A stretch of DNA of 63,912 nt, filler included, from Octopus bimaculoides (Eukaryota), in assembly GCF_001194135.2 (NCBI RefSeq). It is 4 parts of 4 records of this genome, joined end to end, with 100 filler letters (N's around TTAATTAATTAA, not from the genome) between each part and the next. Parts side by side here need not be neighbours in the genome. Positions count along the whole stretch, not along the records: positions 24,263 to 51,143 come from NC_068992.1; positions 51,244 to 59,782 come from NW_026334487.1; 2 more parts are not named here. The stretch is one strand, 5' to 3'. Positions 38,927-52,643 of this stretch are shown here, piece after piece (position 1 is the stretch's first letter; each line of letters begins with the position of its first letter). Below the pieces are notes generated by a model that had not been told where the DNA came from, did not search any database, and worked only from the letters and a program-made list of their open reading frames with translations. Position numbers and translations under genes: made by a program.

Positions 38927-39589
38927 ATACATACATACATACATACATTTATATGAGTGTGTATCAACCCCTTTAAAATTCTTAATACTTCCTTCTTAAA
39001 TATTATATATGTTATCAATATTCTATTTTGATAGATAGCTTCTTTGTCGAAAGCATATCACTTGAATGCATATTTTGAAAAATAGAATAATATTAAAAAT
39101 TATGTTGAATTGGTGCAAGACTTGTAACAGTAAACTACTATAATTTTTACAAATCTTAATCTTGTTCAGTGAATATTCAGATATGAACTTTAGATTACAA
39201 ATGGTAACATTTTTGCTGCTATCTTCTTGAATTAAAGACATTTTTGTTTTCACTTTATTAATATCTTTAGAGCATGTTTGAGTAATTGATCACCCGATTG
39301 GCTAAGGGTCAGCTTTTCAATGGGAAATAGTAAAACAGTTTGGATCCATCAAGACAGATGTTTTCTGTTACAAATTCACAGCAGGCCTTTAAGAGAAAAA
39401 AATCCATTTCAAATTGTTTGGCATTTAAATTAAACACAGTATTTATCCATGTCTTGATATTTTCCAACTATTTTTCAAATAGATGACAAATGTTTGCCAA
39501 AAGGATGTCAAAAAGTATCAGGTGTGATTCAGTCACTCTATTGATCTCCTCTATTTGATAATCTATAGAACTGTGATAACATCCTCAGC

Positions 39590-40000
39590 AATGATTAATA
39601 TCAATTTTTTTCCATGTTCGCATGGCTGGATACGTTTGCTGTAAAGCATTTCATCCTTCATGTCATTCTTGTTTCATTTTGTACATGCAAACTAAACATC
39701 CTGTGATTTCTGAGATCTGATCATGCAATTTCCTCCGACATTTTTCCTGGCTGTCCTCTATCACGATCAACTTTGTTGGTACAAAACACAATTTCTCCAA
39801 GCACTCACTGTCCATTTACATTATATGTTGATATCTTTGTAATCTCCTCTCTAGCACTTATCAGCTGATGCCTTAATTCCCAATCACAACCTTAGATCAG
39901 TTGTGTACTGCTTTTCAATCAAGTGTCTACTGGATATTCCAGAGAAAGTTCATGTGGCATTGCCAAAATTCAATATTGCCTGCATTTGAATTTCATATCT
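39590..40000 (-). mobile_element. RTE-type LINE 3' ORF fragment, highly degenerate
   Basis: Minus strand KVDRDRGQPGKMSEEIA*SDL resembles the RTE GRGRPxKxWxExVxxDL tail. Confidence 0.5.
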
Positions 40001-40179
40001 GAACCATCTATCCAAATTTCAGTGAATATTGTGGAAACTGTTTTCATAGACAATCATAAATGTTACTTTGTTTAGGCTTCTTATTTCACTAGAATTATTC
40101 AATTATAATGGAACCATTGAAATAAAAAAAATGGAAAAAAAATGTTGAATAATTCTTACAGTGAAGTAAGAACTTTAGT

Positions 40180-40180
40180 A

Positions 40181-40220
<40 letters not shown>

Positions 40221-40252
40221 TAATAATAATAATAATGATAATAATAATAATC
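40180..40252. repeat. (AAT)n microsatellite
   Basis: Seen directly; (ATT)n also at 37130-37215 and 37655-37735. Confidence 0.92.
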
Positions 40253-41068
40253 ATAAATTGTAAATAATACAGATTCACAAAGGAATCAATCATCTAAAGA
40301 AATCCCCAATAGGATTAATTTGTCATTGCTGTCATGTGCAGCTTCATTTGGAGAGAGGAAAAAAAAACCTAAACAAAATACAAAATACATTTCAAATTTT
40401 CTTGGACAGGTTTTATAGAATATGGTCAGCTTCCTAGTAATGAAAATAACTTCTTCCATCTCATTTTTCCATCAGAGTTGGTAATTACAGTGTTAGCCAA
40501 ACTGTTCAGCTTGACCTCAGAACTCACACAAATGAAAATAAAGTCTTCAAGTAGATTAAATACCTTTATCTAAATATGACATTTAAAAAGATTAGGTGGG
40601 CAAAATAATCAATATCAACAAGGCACCATATTGGCTGAAGTTGGAATTGACAGTATTTTAGGCAGCACTGTAGCCACTGTTGTATATATGGCTATTTGGA
40701 TTACATACAATTACTGTGATATCTCATTTTGAATCTTTACCTTAGCTGCAAGATATTTTTCAATTCTTTTCCATTTTTAGATGGCTTAGAGGTTAAACTT
40801 TTTGTCCGATGCTTATTTTCAACTTGGAATAAGAATGTGACACTTTGTTATAAATTAGAAAAATAAAAAAATAAAAATAAAAAGGAATTCACTATTATTC
40901 TTGATAGTCCCTTTGACAGCTATAATATAAAAATTTCCAAATGACTTATTACACTAAGTTCTTTTATGTCATATCAAAAATTTCATCTCGATACATATAG
41001 GCTGTACTTATGTCACTTTTGGAGACCATTTCTATCAATCAAACCTATGTAAAAATATTTCAATGACA

Positions 41069-41107
<39 letters not shown>

Positions 41108-41291
41108 AAAGATTGTAAATCAGTTGTTGATTGCATTATTTTTGTCCTTGTGGGATATTATTATTGGTCTCATGCATTGACTGATCTAAATGAATATTAA
41201 GATAAATATTTGTTTTATATTGATATACAATAATGACAGTAATACTTCTCATTTTCTGTAATATAGTATACAAATTTACAATTTGGTAAAT

Positions 41292-41330
<39 letters not shown>

Positions 41331-41340
41331 NNNNNNNNNN

Positions 41341-41374
<34 letters not shown>

Positions 41375-41624
41375 ATATATATACCATATAATATGACTGG
41401 GTGTACAAGGCCACTCCAGGATTTCCATTTGAAAAGTGGGTTTTGAGCTACACTTGCTATATAAGACCACCCCAAGTATTTGTGGAAAATAGCTCAAGTG
41501 CCGGAGGTATGAGATTCATAGCTAAAGGTGAGTTGTAACATCTCCAGTGGCCCCTGAAGCCTCTGCTTTTCTTGTGTTTCAACAGCATTTTAACTATGAT
41601 TCAATGGGTAGATTTTATATTGAT

Positions 41625-42020
41625 TTCCCAGGGCCAGCAAGTTTACGGGTGGGGGTACATTGACTCCAGTGCTCAACTGGTATTTAATTTATTGACCCCA
41701 GGAGGATGAAACGTAAAGCCAATCTTGAAGGAATTTGAACTCTTGATGTAAAGATGGACAAAAATACTGTTAAGCATTTTGCCCAGTATGCTAAAGCTTT
41801 TGTTAGTTTGCTACCTCAAAAGTACTGAAATACAGGTTTCAAATCTTGGTATGAGGCCACCAATGCTTCACTGGTAATTATTATATCAACTCTGAAAGGA
41901 TGAAAGTTAAATTCGACTTTGGTGGAATTTGAACTCAAGATGTAAACATAGTAAAAATGCCCCCCCCCCCCCAAAAAAAGCATTTTTCCCAGTATGCTAA
42001 CGACTCTGCCAGCTTACTGC
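41625..42020 (-). mobile_element. Two adjacent SINE family 2 copies
   Basis: gaaaggatgaaag..gaatttgaactc..gcattttgcccagtatgctaa occurs twice. Confidence 0.72.
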
Positions 42021-42452
42021 TTCATTTTATTTAGGAATATTGATGCAAGAAAAACTTAGAGAAGTTTTTGCTGAGTAGTCAATAACTTATCTACTCAGAC
42101 AAAGTTTTACTCTCTGAAACCTGCCAAAATATAACAAGTGTTGTTGAATATGATATGAGGACCATATGTCTGTAGTCACTGTAAAAGCTAATAGAAAGTT
42201 TTATTAGCAAGAGATTTTACAACAGTCCAGACTGCAATCAAATGACATTTAAGAAGATTAAAGCAACTATTAGTAAATTACTAAGATGACAGCATATATC
42301 ACATCACAAGCAGCCTATAATGATAGTATATACTCAAGAGAAAAACAAGAGATTGAGAAATATTGTCTCCAGAGATCAAACAGTGATTGTACATTGATAT
42401 ATGCATGTGTGTCTCTGTGTGTGTATGTATGTATATGTATATATGTGTGTGC

Positions 42453-42496
<44 letters not shown>

Positions 42497-43165
42497 ACAC
42501 CTATGTATATATTTAAATGAATTAAATAAGATATAAATATAAAAAAATATTCAGAAAAACGCTGCTTCAAGATATAAAAATTAAAATCAGTGTCAGAAAA
42601 AAAGAAATTCTATCTAAAAAAACATGTAAATGAATCCACAATTTTCATGTGACTGGCTTCAATCAAATCACCAAATAGATTGACTACTTGAGAGAGATGG
42701 CTCTTATTTCAGTGACAGAATTCATTTCAAATTACGAAGATGCATTAACACAACAGTATTTTCAAGATGCCATTAATTTTCAAGCAAGTTTCTGTATTTA
42801 TTGACTTTTGTGACATTGCTTTGTAATTAGGAATTGAAATTATTGAGATTAAAGAATTCAGTATAATATCTGTAATAAATAAGATTGGTAGAAGTTCTGT
42901 CAGAATATGGAGAGATTTTTTTTTCTTTGTTTCATGCAGCATTTCAAGCAAAGTTAGCTGCTCGGGAGCTTCCATTATTACGTGAGTGAAGAACTATCCT
43001 TAAACTGATGCTGTTTTAAATAGGAAATAGATTTTTACCAAAAACCCACTAGTCAGTCCAAATTGGTTTGACCATGACACAAACCACCTCAGGATATGAA
43101 AGATTAGTAATATACAGTTGGTCATTGTTTTTTTTTTTTGCTTTTAGAATATCTTCAATAAGTAG

Positions 43166-43241
43166 CTAGGTGCAGCAGTGTGGTAAGAAAGTTGCTTCCG
43201 GACCATATGGTCATGGTAGATGGAAACTGAAAGAATTTGTC

Positions 43242-43327
<86 letters not shown>

Positions 43328-43549
43328 TTGTGTGTCTGTGTTTGTCTCCACCCACCATTGCTTGACAACCGATGTAGGTGTGTTTATGTCGTCGTAACAT
43401 AGCGGCTTGGCAAAAGTGAATGATAGAATAAGTACTAGGCTTACAAAGAATTAATCCTGGGGTCAAATTTCCAACTAAAAAAAAACACATAAGGTGGTGC
43501 TTCAGCATGGCCGCAACCATATGACTGAAGGAAGTAAAAGGATAAAAGA

Positions 43550-43610
<61 letters not shown>

Positions 43611-43812
43611 TGTCTGTGTCTACTGCTTGAGAATCAGTGTTGGTGTGTTTATGTACCCCATAACTTAGCAGTTCAGCAAAAGCGACCAATAGAATAAGTA
43701 GCAGGTTTAACAAAAAATAAGTAGAGGGGGTCGATTCATTCGACTAAAAAATTCTTCAAGGTAGTGCCCCAGCATGGCTGCACTCTAATGACTGAAACAA
43801 GTAGAAGATAAA
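43166..43812 (+). mobile_element. Two SINE family 1 copies (deleted full copy plus 3' half)
   Basis: 43166-43535 and 43590-43812 separated by (TG)n. Confidence 0.75.
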
Positions 43813-44011
43813 AGATAGCAATTTTCATCAAAAATGTTTTTCATAAATTTGTATATTTTGCATGGTTTAATATATTTCAGTTATCCATTGAAAGACGCTA
43901 CCTACTTTTCTATAGATTCTAAGGAATTTAATGATCTCATGGAAAACAGGAAGTTTCATTTCATTTAAAATGGAGTTTACAAATATTCCTCGACCTAACT
44001 AGCTTTTTTAA

Positions 44012-44223
44012 CCCCTTTTAGTAACAACCCATCTGGTTCTATGATAGAAAATTCTTGTTTTTAAAGTGATCTAAATTAAAACTGTCCATCAAAATTCCAT
44101 GTTAATTTATGTTCCAAACATCAGCTTAAAATTGACAAAATTATTTTCCAAAATTATTCATTATTTTCAAAATTAATTGAAATAATGGCAGTGTATTTCA
44201 ACATGAATATAGTTACAAAAATA
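44012..44223. mobile_element. Decayed piggyBac-type MITE related to 29606
   Basis: Starts TTAA-cccctttt; body resembles the reverse complement of 29606-29821. Confidence 0.5.
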
Positions 44224-44325
44224 TTAAGTGAAATGAATAGGTGCTGTTATTGCACTGTGGCCAAGAAGCTTGCTTCCCAATGATTTAGTTTTGCATTAGA
44301 TTGATTGATAGATAGAATGAAAAAT

Positions 44326-44720
44326 CGGCTGTGTGGTAAGTAGCTTGCTTACCAGCCACATGGTTCCGGGTTCATTCCCACTGTGTGGCACCTTGGGCAA
44401 GTGTCTTCTACTATAGCCTCGGGCCGACCAAAGCCTTGTGAGTGGATTTGGTAGATGGAAACTGAAGGAAGCCTGTCGTATATATGTATATATATATATG
44501 TGTGTATGTTTGTGTATATGTTTGTCCCCCCCCAACATCGCTTGACAACCGATGGTGGTGTGTTTACGTCCCTGTAACTTAGCGGTTCGGCAAAAGAGAC
44601 CGATAGAATAAGTACTAGGCTTCCAAAGAATAAGTCCTGGGGTCGATTTGCTCGACTAAAGGCGGTGCTCCAGCATGGCCACAGTCGATTGACCGAAACA
44701 AGTAAAAGAGTAAAAGATAG
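44326..44720 (+). mobile_element. SINE family 1, near full length, well preserved
   Basis: Close match to 493-912. Confidence 0.88.
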
Positions 44721-44750
44721 AAACATCCATTCATCCATACATATTTTTCA

Positions 44751-45156
44751 TCTTTTACTTGTTTGAATCATTGGACTGCAGCCATGCTGAAGCATTGCCT
44801 TGAATTTTTAGTTGAATGAATTGAAATCAGTACTTAATTTTTTAGCCTGGTACATATTCTGTCAGTCTTTTTTGCTGAACTAGTAAGTTGCAGGAATGCA
44901 AACATACCAACACCAGTTGTCAAGTGGTTGTGGAGGGACAAACACAGACAGAAAGACACACAAATACATAGATATACATACGTATACATATACGATGGGT
45001 TTCTTTCAGTTTCTGTCTACCAAATTTACTCACAAGGTTATGGTCGGCCAGAGGCTATAGTAGAAAGCACATACCCAAAGTGTCGTGCAGTAGGAGTGAA
45101 CCCAGAACCATGTGGTTGGTAACCAAGCTACTTACCACACAGCCACGCATGTGCCT
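44751..45156 (-). mobile_element. SINE family 1, diverged, tail-to-tail with 44326-44720
   Basis: Reverse-complement similarity over the whole length. Confidence 0.78.
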
Positions 45157-45984
45157 ACTGTATACAAATGGTTAAAAATCTCTATGAAGTGAAGGTTAAG
45201 CTAACTAATTAATAAATTATCCTTTTTTCATTTTATGCATGTGGTATTATGAACAAGCCTAAGAATTGTACTTTCACCCTATCACTCCTTGTTCCTACTA
45301 TAGTTAGAATTATTTAAACACCATCTCTGCTGGGTTCCTGGTAAAGCTGTAATGAACAACACTCATAGAAAAAGAAGATGCAGTCATTTCTGTCCATTAG
45401 TTTGCCTGCAATCATTACTCTTGATCTGCATATGCAGCTATTTATCATTTTGCTCAGGAGCCCAGGTGAAGAGTAAAGTTAGACACAGGGACATAGGTCT
45501 GAGAGGGTTAAAATAGAAATCTATAGTTCAATGTTTAGACTGTAGTGTAGAAACTGTAACCTCAAAGAATAAATTGTAACAGTTGGCTTGCAGCCATTTG
45601 TATCGATGACAAAAGCCAGAGAAATGCAGTACAGTTGGTTACAGAAAGCTCTGTCAGATAAAAAATCTAACCTGATTAAATATATTATTTAGAATTTATA
45701 TTTTGTATATGTAGCACTGCTAAATCTAAGAACCATACTTTTAAAATAAATCAATATTTAAATGCTTATCTTGTATCAAGAAAATGTAAATCTGTATTTT
45801 ACACATTGTGAAATCATAGCTTAATTTACGCTACTCACATTCATAATAGCTGTGGACCAGCTGCAGTACAGTCCCCCCCAGGATACATACACTGGGGGAA
45901 TTATATATATATTTCAAAAGGTACAGCCTTGTCACACATAATATGCCACACTATATATATATATATAAGCAAGCAAAAGTGAAA

Positions 45985-46378
45985 TCGTCATGGCACCTGT
46001 GCCCAGCATCACCTTTCTGGCACTTGTGCCAGATGGCCCGTGTAAAGACATTCGAGCGAGATCGTTGCCAGTGCCGCCGAACTGGCTCCTGTGCAGGTGG
46101 CACGTAAAATACACCATTTTGAGCATGGCTGTTGCCAGTACCGCCTGACTGGCCTTCATGCCGGTGGCACGTAAAAGCACCCACTACACCCTCAGAGTGG
46201 TTGGCGTTAGGAAGGGCATCCAGTTGTAGAAACTCTGCCAAATCAGATTGGAGCCTGGTGCAGCCTTCTGGTTCACCAGTCCTCAGTCAAATCGTCCAAC
46301 CCATGCTAGCATGGAAAGCAGACGCTAAATGATGATGTTGATGATGATGATGATGATGATGATGATGTTGATGATGGC
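45985..46378 (+). mobile_element. RTE-like LINE 3' UTR / tail element ending in (GAT)n
   Basis: gtggttggcgttaggaagggcatccag..ccaacccatgctagcatggaaag..(gat)n. Also at 7515-7760, 12680-12860, 17485-17657, 17879-18018 (-), 24263-24475, 31245-31428, 54975-55278. Confidence 0.75.
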
Positions 46379-48180
46379 TGTCAACTCATTAATCGAGAAT
46401 GACTTCTCAACAACACTGATAGAGTACATATACAGTGGCATCAGACTAGTTTAAGACCAACAATACACAAACATGCAGTCAATATGGAGCTGAATATTCA
46501 CAGTTGAAAATTACAAGAAGGTATACGTATATATAAGTATGTATATCTAGCTAGCAAGCTAAATAGATAGATAGATGGATAGATAGTTTTGAATGACCTC
46601 CATACATTTTCAATTTGCCAAGTTTTACTGACAAGTCATTTGTTAACATGAGGCTATAATAGAAAAGACTTGCTCAAGGTCTCACAGGACCCAAAAGTAG
46701 AGGGATGTGAGACAAATTTCTCAGTTGTACAGCCATTGAAGCACTGTAGAATAACATGGCCAAGATAACATTACGTAGAAAACTGAAAATCTGATCAATC
46801 AAATTCACTGCTGCTTTGTAGCATACCAGATGACAAGTGGTGACACTCGTCTGACTCGTACCCAGCATGGAGAAAAAGCATGAAAAGTAATGATGATGGG
46901 GGTGAAGATGTATGTGTGCGTGTTTGCATGTGTATATGCGAGTGTGTGTATGTATACATGTATAAGCATATATGCATATATAGACTGAGAGAGAGAGAGA
47001 GAGATGTATACATGCATGTGTATGTATATATATGTATATATATATATATGTGTGCATATATATATATATATATATATGTATGTATAGATAGAGAGAGAGA
47101 GAAAGCCACATCTAAGTTTTAGTTTGAATTTTTGTTTTCCTTTTTATTTATTTATTTATTTATGTATTTATTTGGCCTAGACAATTTCAGTAAACACATA
47201 AATATATACGTTCATATTTGACATATAAGTTTTAGATTCCGGAATACTTCAAAACACATTCTCTTTGCATTCGGTTATTTTTCTTTCAACCCCAAACAAT
47301 AAAAACCTTAGAAAAAAACAAAGAAGAAAAAAACAAAACAAGCAAAAAAAAAAAAAAAAATTGACAGAAAAGTTAGAGATAATTGGAGACTTGCTGAAAG
47401 ACCAATTAAGATATGAATGGACAAACACAAAAATATAAACATGTTCTAAACGCAATTTTCTTTCTTGATTTTTCCTTTATTTTTATTCTCTTTTATGTAA
47501 CATTTATCAAATCATTTTAGCTTTCTTTCAAAAATCATCAATATTGACACCTGTCTGATAGCAAAACTGATTAAAAATGAAATCTTTACATCTGTCAGTT
47601 TTTATGTGTCTACTGGTTTTATATATTTGCAGGGAAGCACAATGTGCTATGTACACATTCACTGTGTCTGAGTAAGATTTGTCATTATTCTCTTTTGTAC
47701 CGAATTCTACATATTCACTGCTATTATTTTTCAATGTTCTTTCTTTTTTTTTTATTGTTTTTCTTCTATTATAAATGTTTACCTGTTTAAGCTGGTACAT
47801 TCAATAATATATTCACTTTGGCTCAGATATTCTTCTTGACATTGTTCTTTGTATAAAAACAAAAATCGTTCATCCATAGATTTAATTTTCTAGCTTCCCA
47901 GATCAACCATCAGTAAATTGCTACAAAACAGAGAAGAATACTCTCCACAAATTCATTGATCCAACACTGAGAGATGCTAAACATACAGAAAAAAAGCCCA
48001 ATAGAAAAATCTAGATTTTGGAAATACAGAAATGTCATTTAAAGAGATGTAAATCCAAAATAAAGTGTCTACATGGACACTTAACTAGTAGAAATAGTAG
48101 TTAAATTCCCTCAAACAACATACTACTTGATTAAAACAAGATGCACTGGAGATGTAAGTCTTAGATCTCTTATCCTATAT

Positions 48181-48690
48181 CTTTTACTTGTTTTAGTCTT
48201 TGGACTGTGGCCATACTGGGGCACCACTTGAACGGGTTAGTCAAACAAATCAACCCTAGTAATTATATTCAAGCTTGGCGTTTATTCTACTGATAGGCAC
48301 AGGAATGGCTGTGTGGTAAGTAGCTTGCTTAGCAACCACATAGTTACGGGTTCAGTCCCACTGCATGGCACCTTGGGCAAGTGGCTTCTACTATAGCTTC
48401 GGGCCGACCAAAGCCTTGTGAGTGGATTTGGTAGGCAGAAACTGAAAGAAGCCCGTCATATATATGTATATATGTATGTGTATGCATATGTTTGTATGTC
48501 TGTGTTTGTCCCCACCAACATTGCTTGACAACCAATGCTGTTGTGTTTATGTCACCATAACTTACCCTGAAAGGATGAAAGGCAGAGTCAGAATGTAAAG
48601 ATTGACAAAAATGCTGCAAAGCATTGTGCCACTAAGTATTTTGCCATGAAGCATTTTGCTCAGCATGCTGCTGGTATTGCTAACCCACCA
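48181..48690. mobile_element. SINE cluster: family 1 3' half (-), family 1 5' part (+, 48294-48563), family 2 fragment (-)
   Basis: Similarity to other copies; abrupt junction at cataactta|ccctgaaagg. Confidence 0.7.
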
Positions 48691-49765
48691 CCTTTAAAGC
48701 AACTTATAAATCTGGCACTCCATCAGTTATGATTTTAATGATTCCATTTGATATGATCAATGGAACAACCTGCTTGTAAAATTAAAATGCAAGCAGCGGA
48801 GCACTCCAGAGACACACATATCCTTAATGTAGTTCTTATGGAGATTCGGAGTGACACAGAAATTGGTAAGGCAGGACCTTTGAATTACAGGTACTACTCA
48901 TTTTTGCCAAATGAGTGGACTGAGACAGCATAAAATAAAGTGTCTAACTTACAATGCATGATGCACTGTCAGGTATTGAACTCATGATCTTATGATTGTG
49001 AGCCAAATACGCTAACCACCAAGCCACCTGACTTTACACTGAGCAACAATAATAGTAAAAACAATAACAACAACAACAACAATAGCAACAAACACTGAAC
49101 ATTCAATTTCTTAAAAAGGTCAAAAGCATATTAAAAACAACACGAATGCTTTTATAAGCATGTCTAAAGACTGGTTGTGTGTTACAATGTATTTCATTGA
49201 TATCTGGTTATTGTCACGCTTGATAGGAAAAGGGGATTAGGGCTTGAGAAAGAATTGAATTAATCTGAGACTTGAAGATTAGCAAGTCAGTGATTTATAA
49301 GTAAGGTACTATTTTGTGTTTCCAGCGTCTAGCAAATTCTACTAACCTAATTCATGCATGTGTGCATGTGTTAAGATATGTGTGTGTATACACATACATA
49401 CAAACACACACACATACACACACACACACACATATATATATGCATATANNNNNNNNNNNNNNNNNNNNNNNNNNNNNNNNNNNNNNNNNNNNNNNNNNNN
49501 NNNNNNNNNNNNNNNNNNNNNNNNNTGTATGTACATGTATAAACTTTGTACATTAATAACATTTTTTCCCTTTTGTCTTCTGCTCCTCATTCTACCATGT
49601 TTTTCTGTGTCTTTCCAATTTTTTCCCCTCTCATCCCTTTCTGTCAAAGAACATAGGCTTGAAACATCTATGACTTCTCCATTTTTCTCGAGCAACAAAC
49701 TAATACACCTGCTTGCTGTTACCCCACCTGCCTGTCTCTCCTTTTTGTTTTCTGTACATTTGAAC

Positions 49766-49798
<33 letters not shown>

Positions 49799-51143
49799 AA
49801 GTATTTGTTTTTCAAGATTCTATGCTAGCATGACTTGGACGGTTTGACTGAGAACTGGTAAACCAGGGAGCTGCACTAGGTTCCAATCTCTATATATATC
49901 CTTATATATATGTGTGTGCACATACACACACACACATGCAAGGGACTTTTATACACTTTTTGACTTCCATATTTCGTGAAAAAGCATGAAATTTTTGTCA
50001 GTCTGAGATTATAACAGAAGACACTTGCCCAAAGTGTTACACAGTGGGATCAAGCATGAAACCACGTGATTGCAAACTGTACAGCTTGACCACACAGCTA
50101 TAACTATATCTACACATGTGCGTATATGTGTGTGTGAGTATGAATGTTCCCATATGTGTATGTATCTAGACATATAAGTGTGTGTATTAATAAAACTGGC
50201 ATTACCAAAATGTTTGTCATCAATGACTTTAATCAGAGGAGACAGGTTGCTGCAATAACAATAGTATATGGAACACACACAAGCTAATCATCCAATAAGA
50301 ACCTAGAACGATTGGGATAACTGCAATATAAATGACTTTATAGCTTAAAAACCTATTGCTTTCACACCTGTATGCACCATTTCAATGTCTGATGCCAAAA
50401 CCCATAGCTCATTAAACAAGAACTTGCAGTTACAAATATATAGAACAGACTTCTAGTATAAGGAGGACGGCCTCATATATTCCATCAAACTACTAGATAC
50501 AATGACCAAATTTCTACCTCGAACAAACTAGCCATATAACTTAAAGAATGGATACGTTGAATAATCTGTCTCTTGATGTGTTGGACCAATGAAAAAGAAA
50601 GATGCAAAATTGATGACTGGAATCATATAGAGATATTTCAACAAAATCTGATGTGCCAGAAGACTACATAATGGTTTTTATGGTTGGATGCCCTTTCTAA
50701 TGCTAACCGTTTTGTGAAACATACTGAGTACTTTTTACATTGCACTTTTACTAGTAAGGTCATCATGTAATTTCTATGAATAAAAACTTCTATTGAATGA
50801 GTGGGTGTATAACAGAGAGCAGTGGCGTGCGGTGACTTACGGGGTTGGGCATGCAATGAATTTCTCCCCCCCCCCTGCCACTGGCAATTTTTCAGTAAAA
50901 GAATTTTCATATTCCTACGATTTACATATGGGAGATTCTGAATATGCAGTCACCCCCGTATGATCTAGAATAAGCAGGGAATAAAAAATGGCTCTGTAGA
51001 GATGAGCCTGAAATAGGTGTATTGTTTGTATTTTTCTCTCTCTTCGAAACGTCAGTACTTTCCCATCCTCACTCTCCCTTAAAAAAGTCTAAAAATCATA
51101 AGTGAAATGGAATAAAGATGATATTGGATTCTGTTAATATTTT

Positions 51144-51243
51144 NNNNNNNNNNNNNNNNNNNNNNNNNNNNNNNNNNNNNNNNNNNNTTAATTAATTAAN
51201 NNNNNNNNNNNNNNNNNNNNNNNNNNNNNNNNNNNNNNNNNNN
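51144..51243. other. Synthetic assembly spacer N44-TTAATTAATTAA-N44
   Basis: Identical to the spacer at 24163. Confidence 0.92.
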
Positions 51244-51321
51244 TATATATATATATATATATATATATATTTACATATATACATACATATATATTTACAT
51301 ACATACATATACATACATACA

Positions 51322-51373
<52 letters not shown>

Positions 51374-51394
51374 TACATATATACATACATATAA

Positions 51395-51433
<39 letters not shown>

Positions 51434-51703
51434 TATATGTATATATGCACACAAACATATATTTATATATACATATGTGTGTGTGTGTGTGTGTGTTTGT
51501 AACTATGTATATATACATACATACATATATACTACAACTGTACGTATGTTTATATGTCTGTATGCGTGTGTGTGCGTGTGTGTGCGTGTGTGATGTGGAT
51601 TGGATGATAACGAGATAAGGACAACTGAACGAGGTGAAGTTAATTAGACAAGAAGACCAGAAGCCTGTCTGCAAGGAAGTCTCTATGTGGCAACACAAAC
51701 TGT

Positions 51704-52374
51704 TAGAAATAGCAGCCAAAGCATTGTCTAATCGCACCCTACCAACTTTAAAAGAAGACAATTACATTAGATAATGTAGTCCTAGATACACTATGCCTGA
51801 ATAAAAGATGGGATGGTCACAGTTGGAACGTCTCTGATCATAGGTCTGTCTGGATCAGGACTGACCTGGGGCTAAAACTATAGCCACTAATACTAACTCC
51901 TATACTATACATTAGATAATGTAGTCCTAGATACACTATGCCTGAATAAAAGATGGGATGGTCACAGGTGAAACGTCTTTGATCACAGGTCTGTCTGGAT
52001 CAGGACTATCCTGGGGTTAAACAACAACAACAACTATAGCCCCTGATACTATGTCTCATACTATAACGTGTTATTCTCTATGTCTGAATAAAAGACCTAT
52101 GATCAAAGACGTTCCAGCCGTGACCATCCCATCTTTTAGTCAGGCATAGTGTATCTAGGACTACATTATCTAATGTATAGTATAGGAGTTAGTATTAGTG
52201 GCTATAGTTTTAGCCCCAGGTCAGTCCTGATCCAGACAGACCTATGACCAAAGACGTTCCACCTGTGACCATCCCATCCGTTATTCATAGTGTATCCAGA
52301 ACTACAATATTCAGTGTGTCCTTCCGTTCCTTTAACTGTGTGATTTAGGGTAAAATTTGGCTGTTATTTCTAGC
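51704..52374. repeat. Long inverted repeat (foldback) built from a dimerised interspersed-repeat fragment
   Basis: 51807-51991 is near-identical to the reverse complement of 52094-52278; spacer ~100 bp; 145-bp internal period in each arm. Confidence 0.9.
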
Positions 52375-52607
52375 ATTTCTTGTAACTGTTATGGTTGAGT
52401 GTGTGTGTGGGGGGGTGTCTCAGATGTCGGGTGAAGCGGGGGGTGGGGTAAAGCAGCTGTTAATACACCCTACCAACCCACCCTCTCTTTCCAGTACCCC
52501 ACTCCCCATAACCAGCTTCCTGTTCTGTGTGTATGTACACACACAAACACACACACACAAACACACTCACACACACACAAACACACACAAACACACACAC
52601 AGACACA

Positions 52608-52643
<36 letters not shown>

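Noticed and set aside
50985-51060. cttcGAAAcgtcag motif reminiscent of PLE hammerheads
   Set aside because: No matching CUGANGA upstream.
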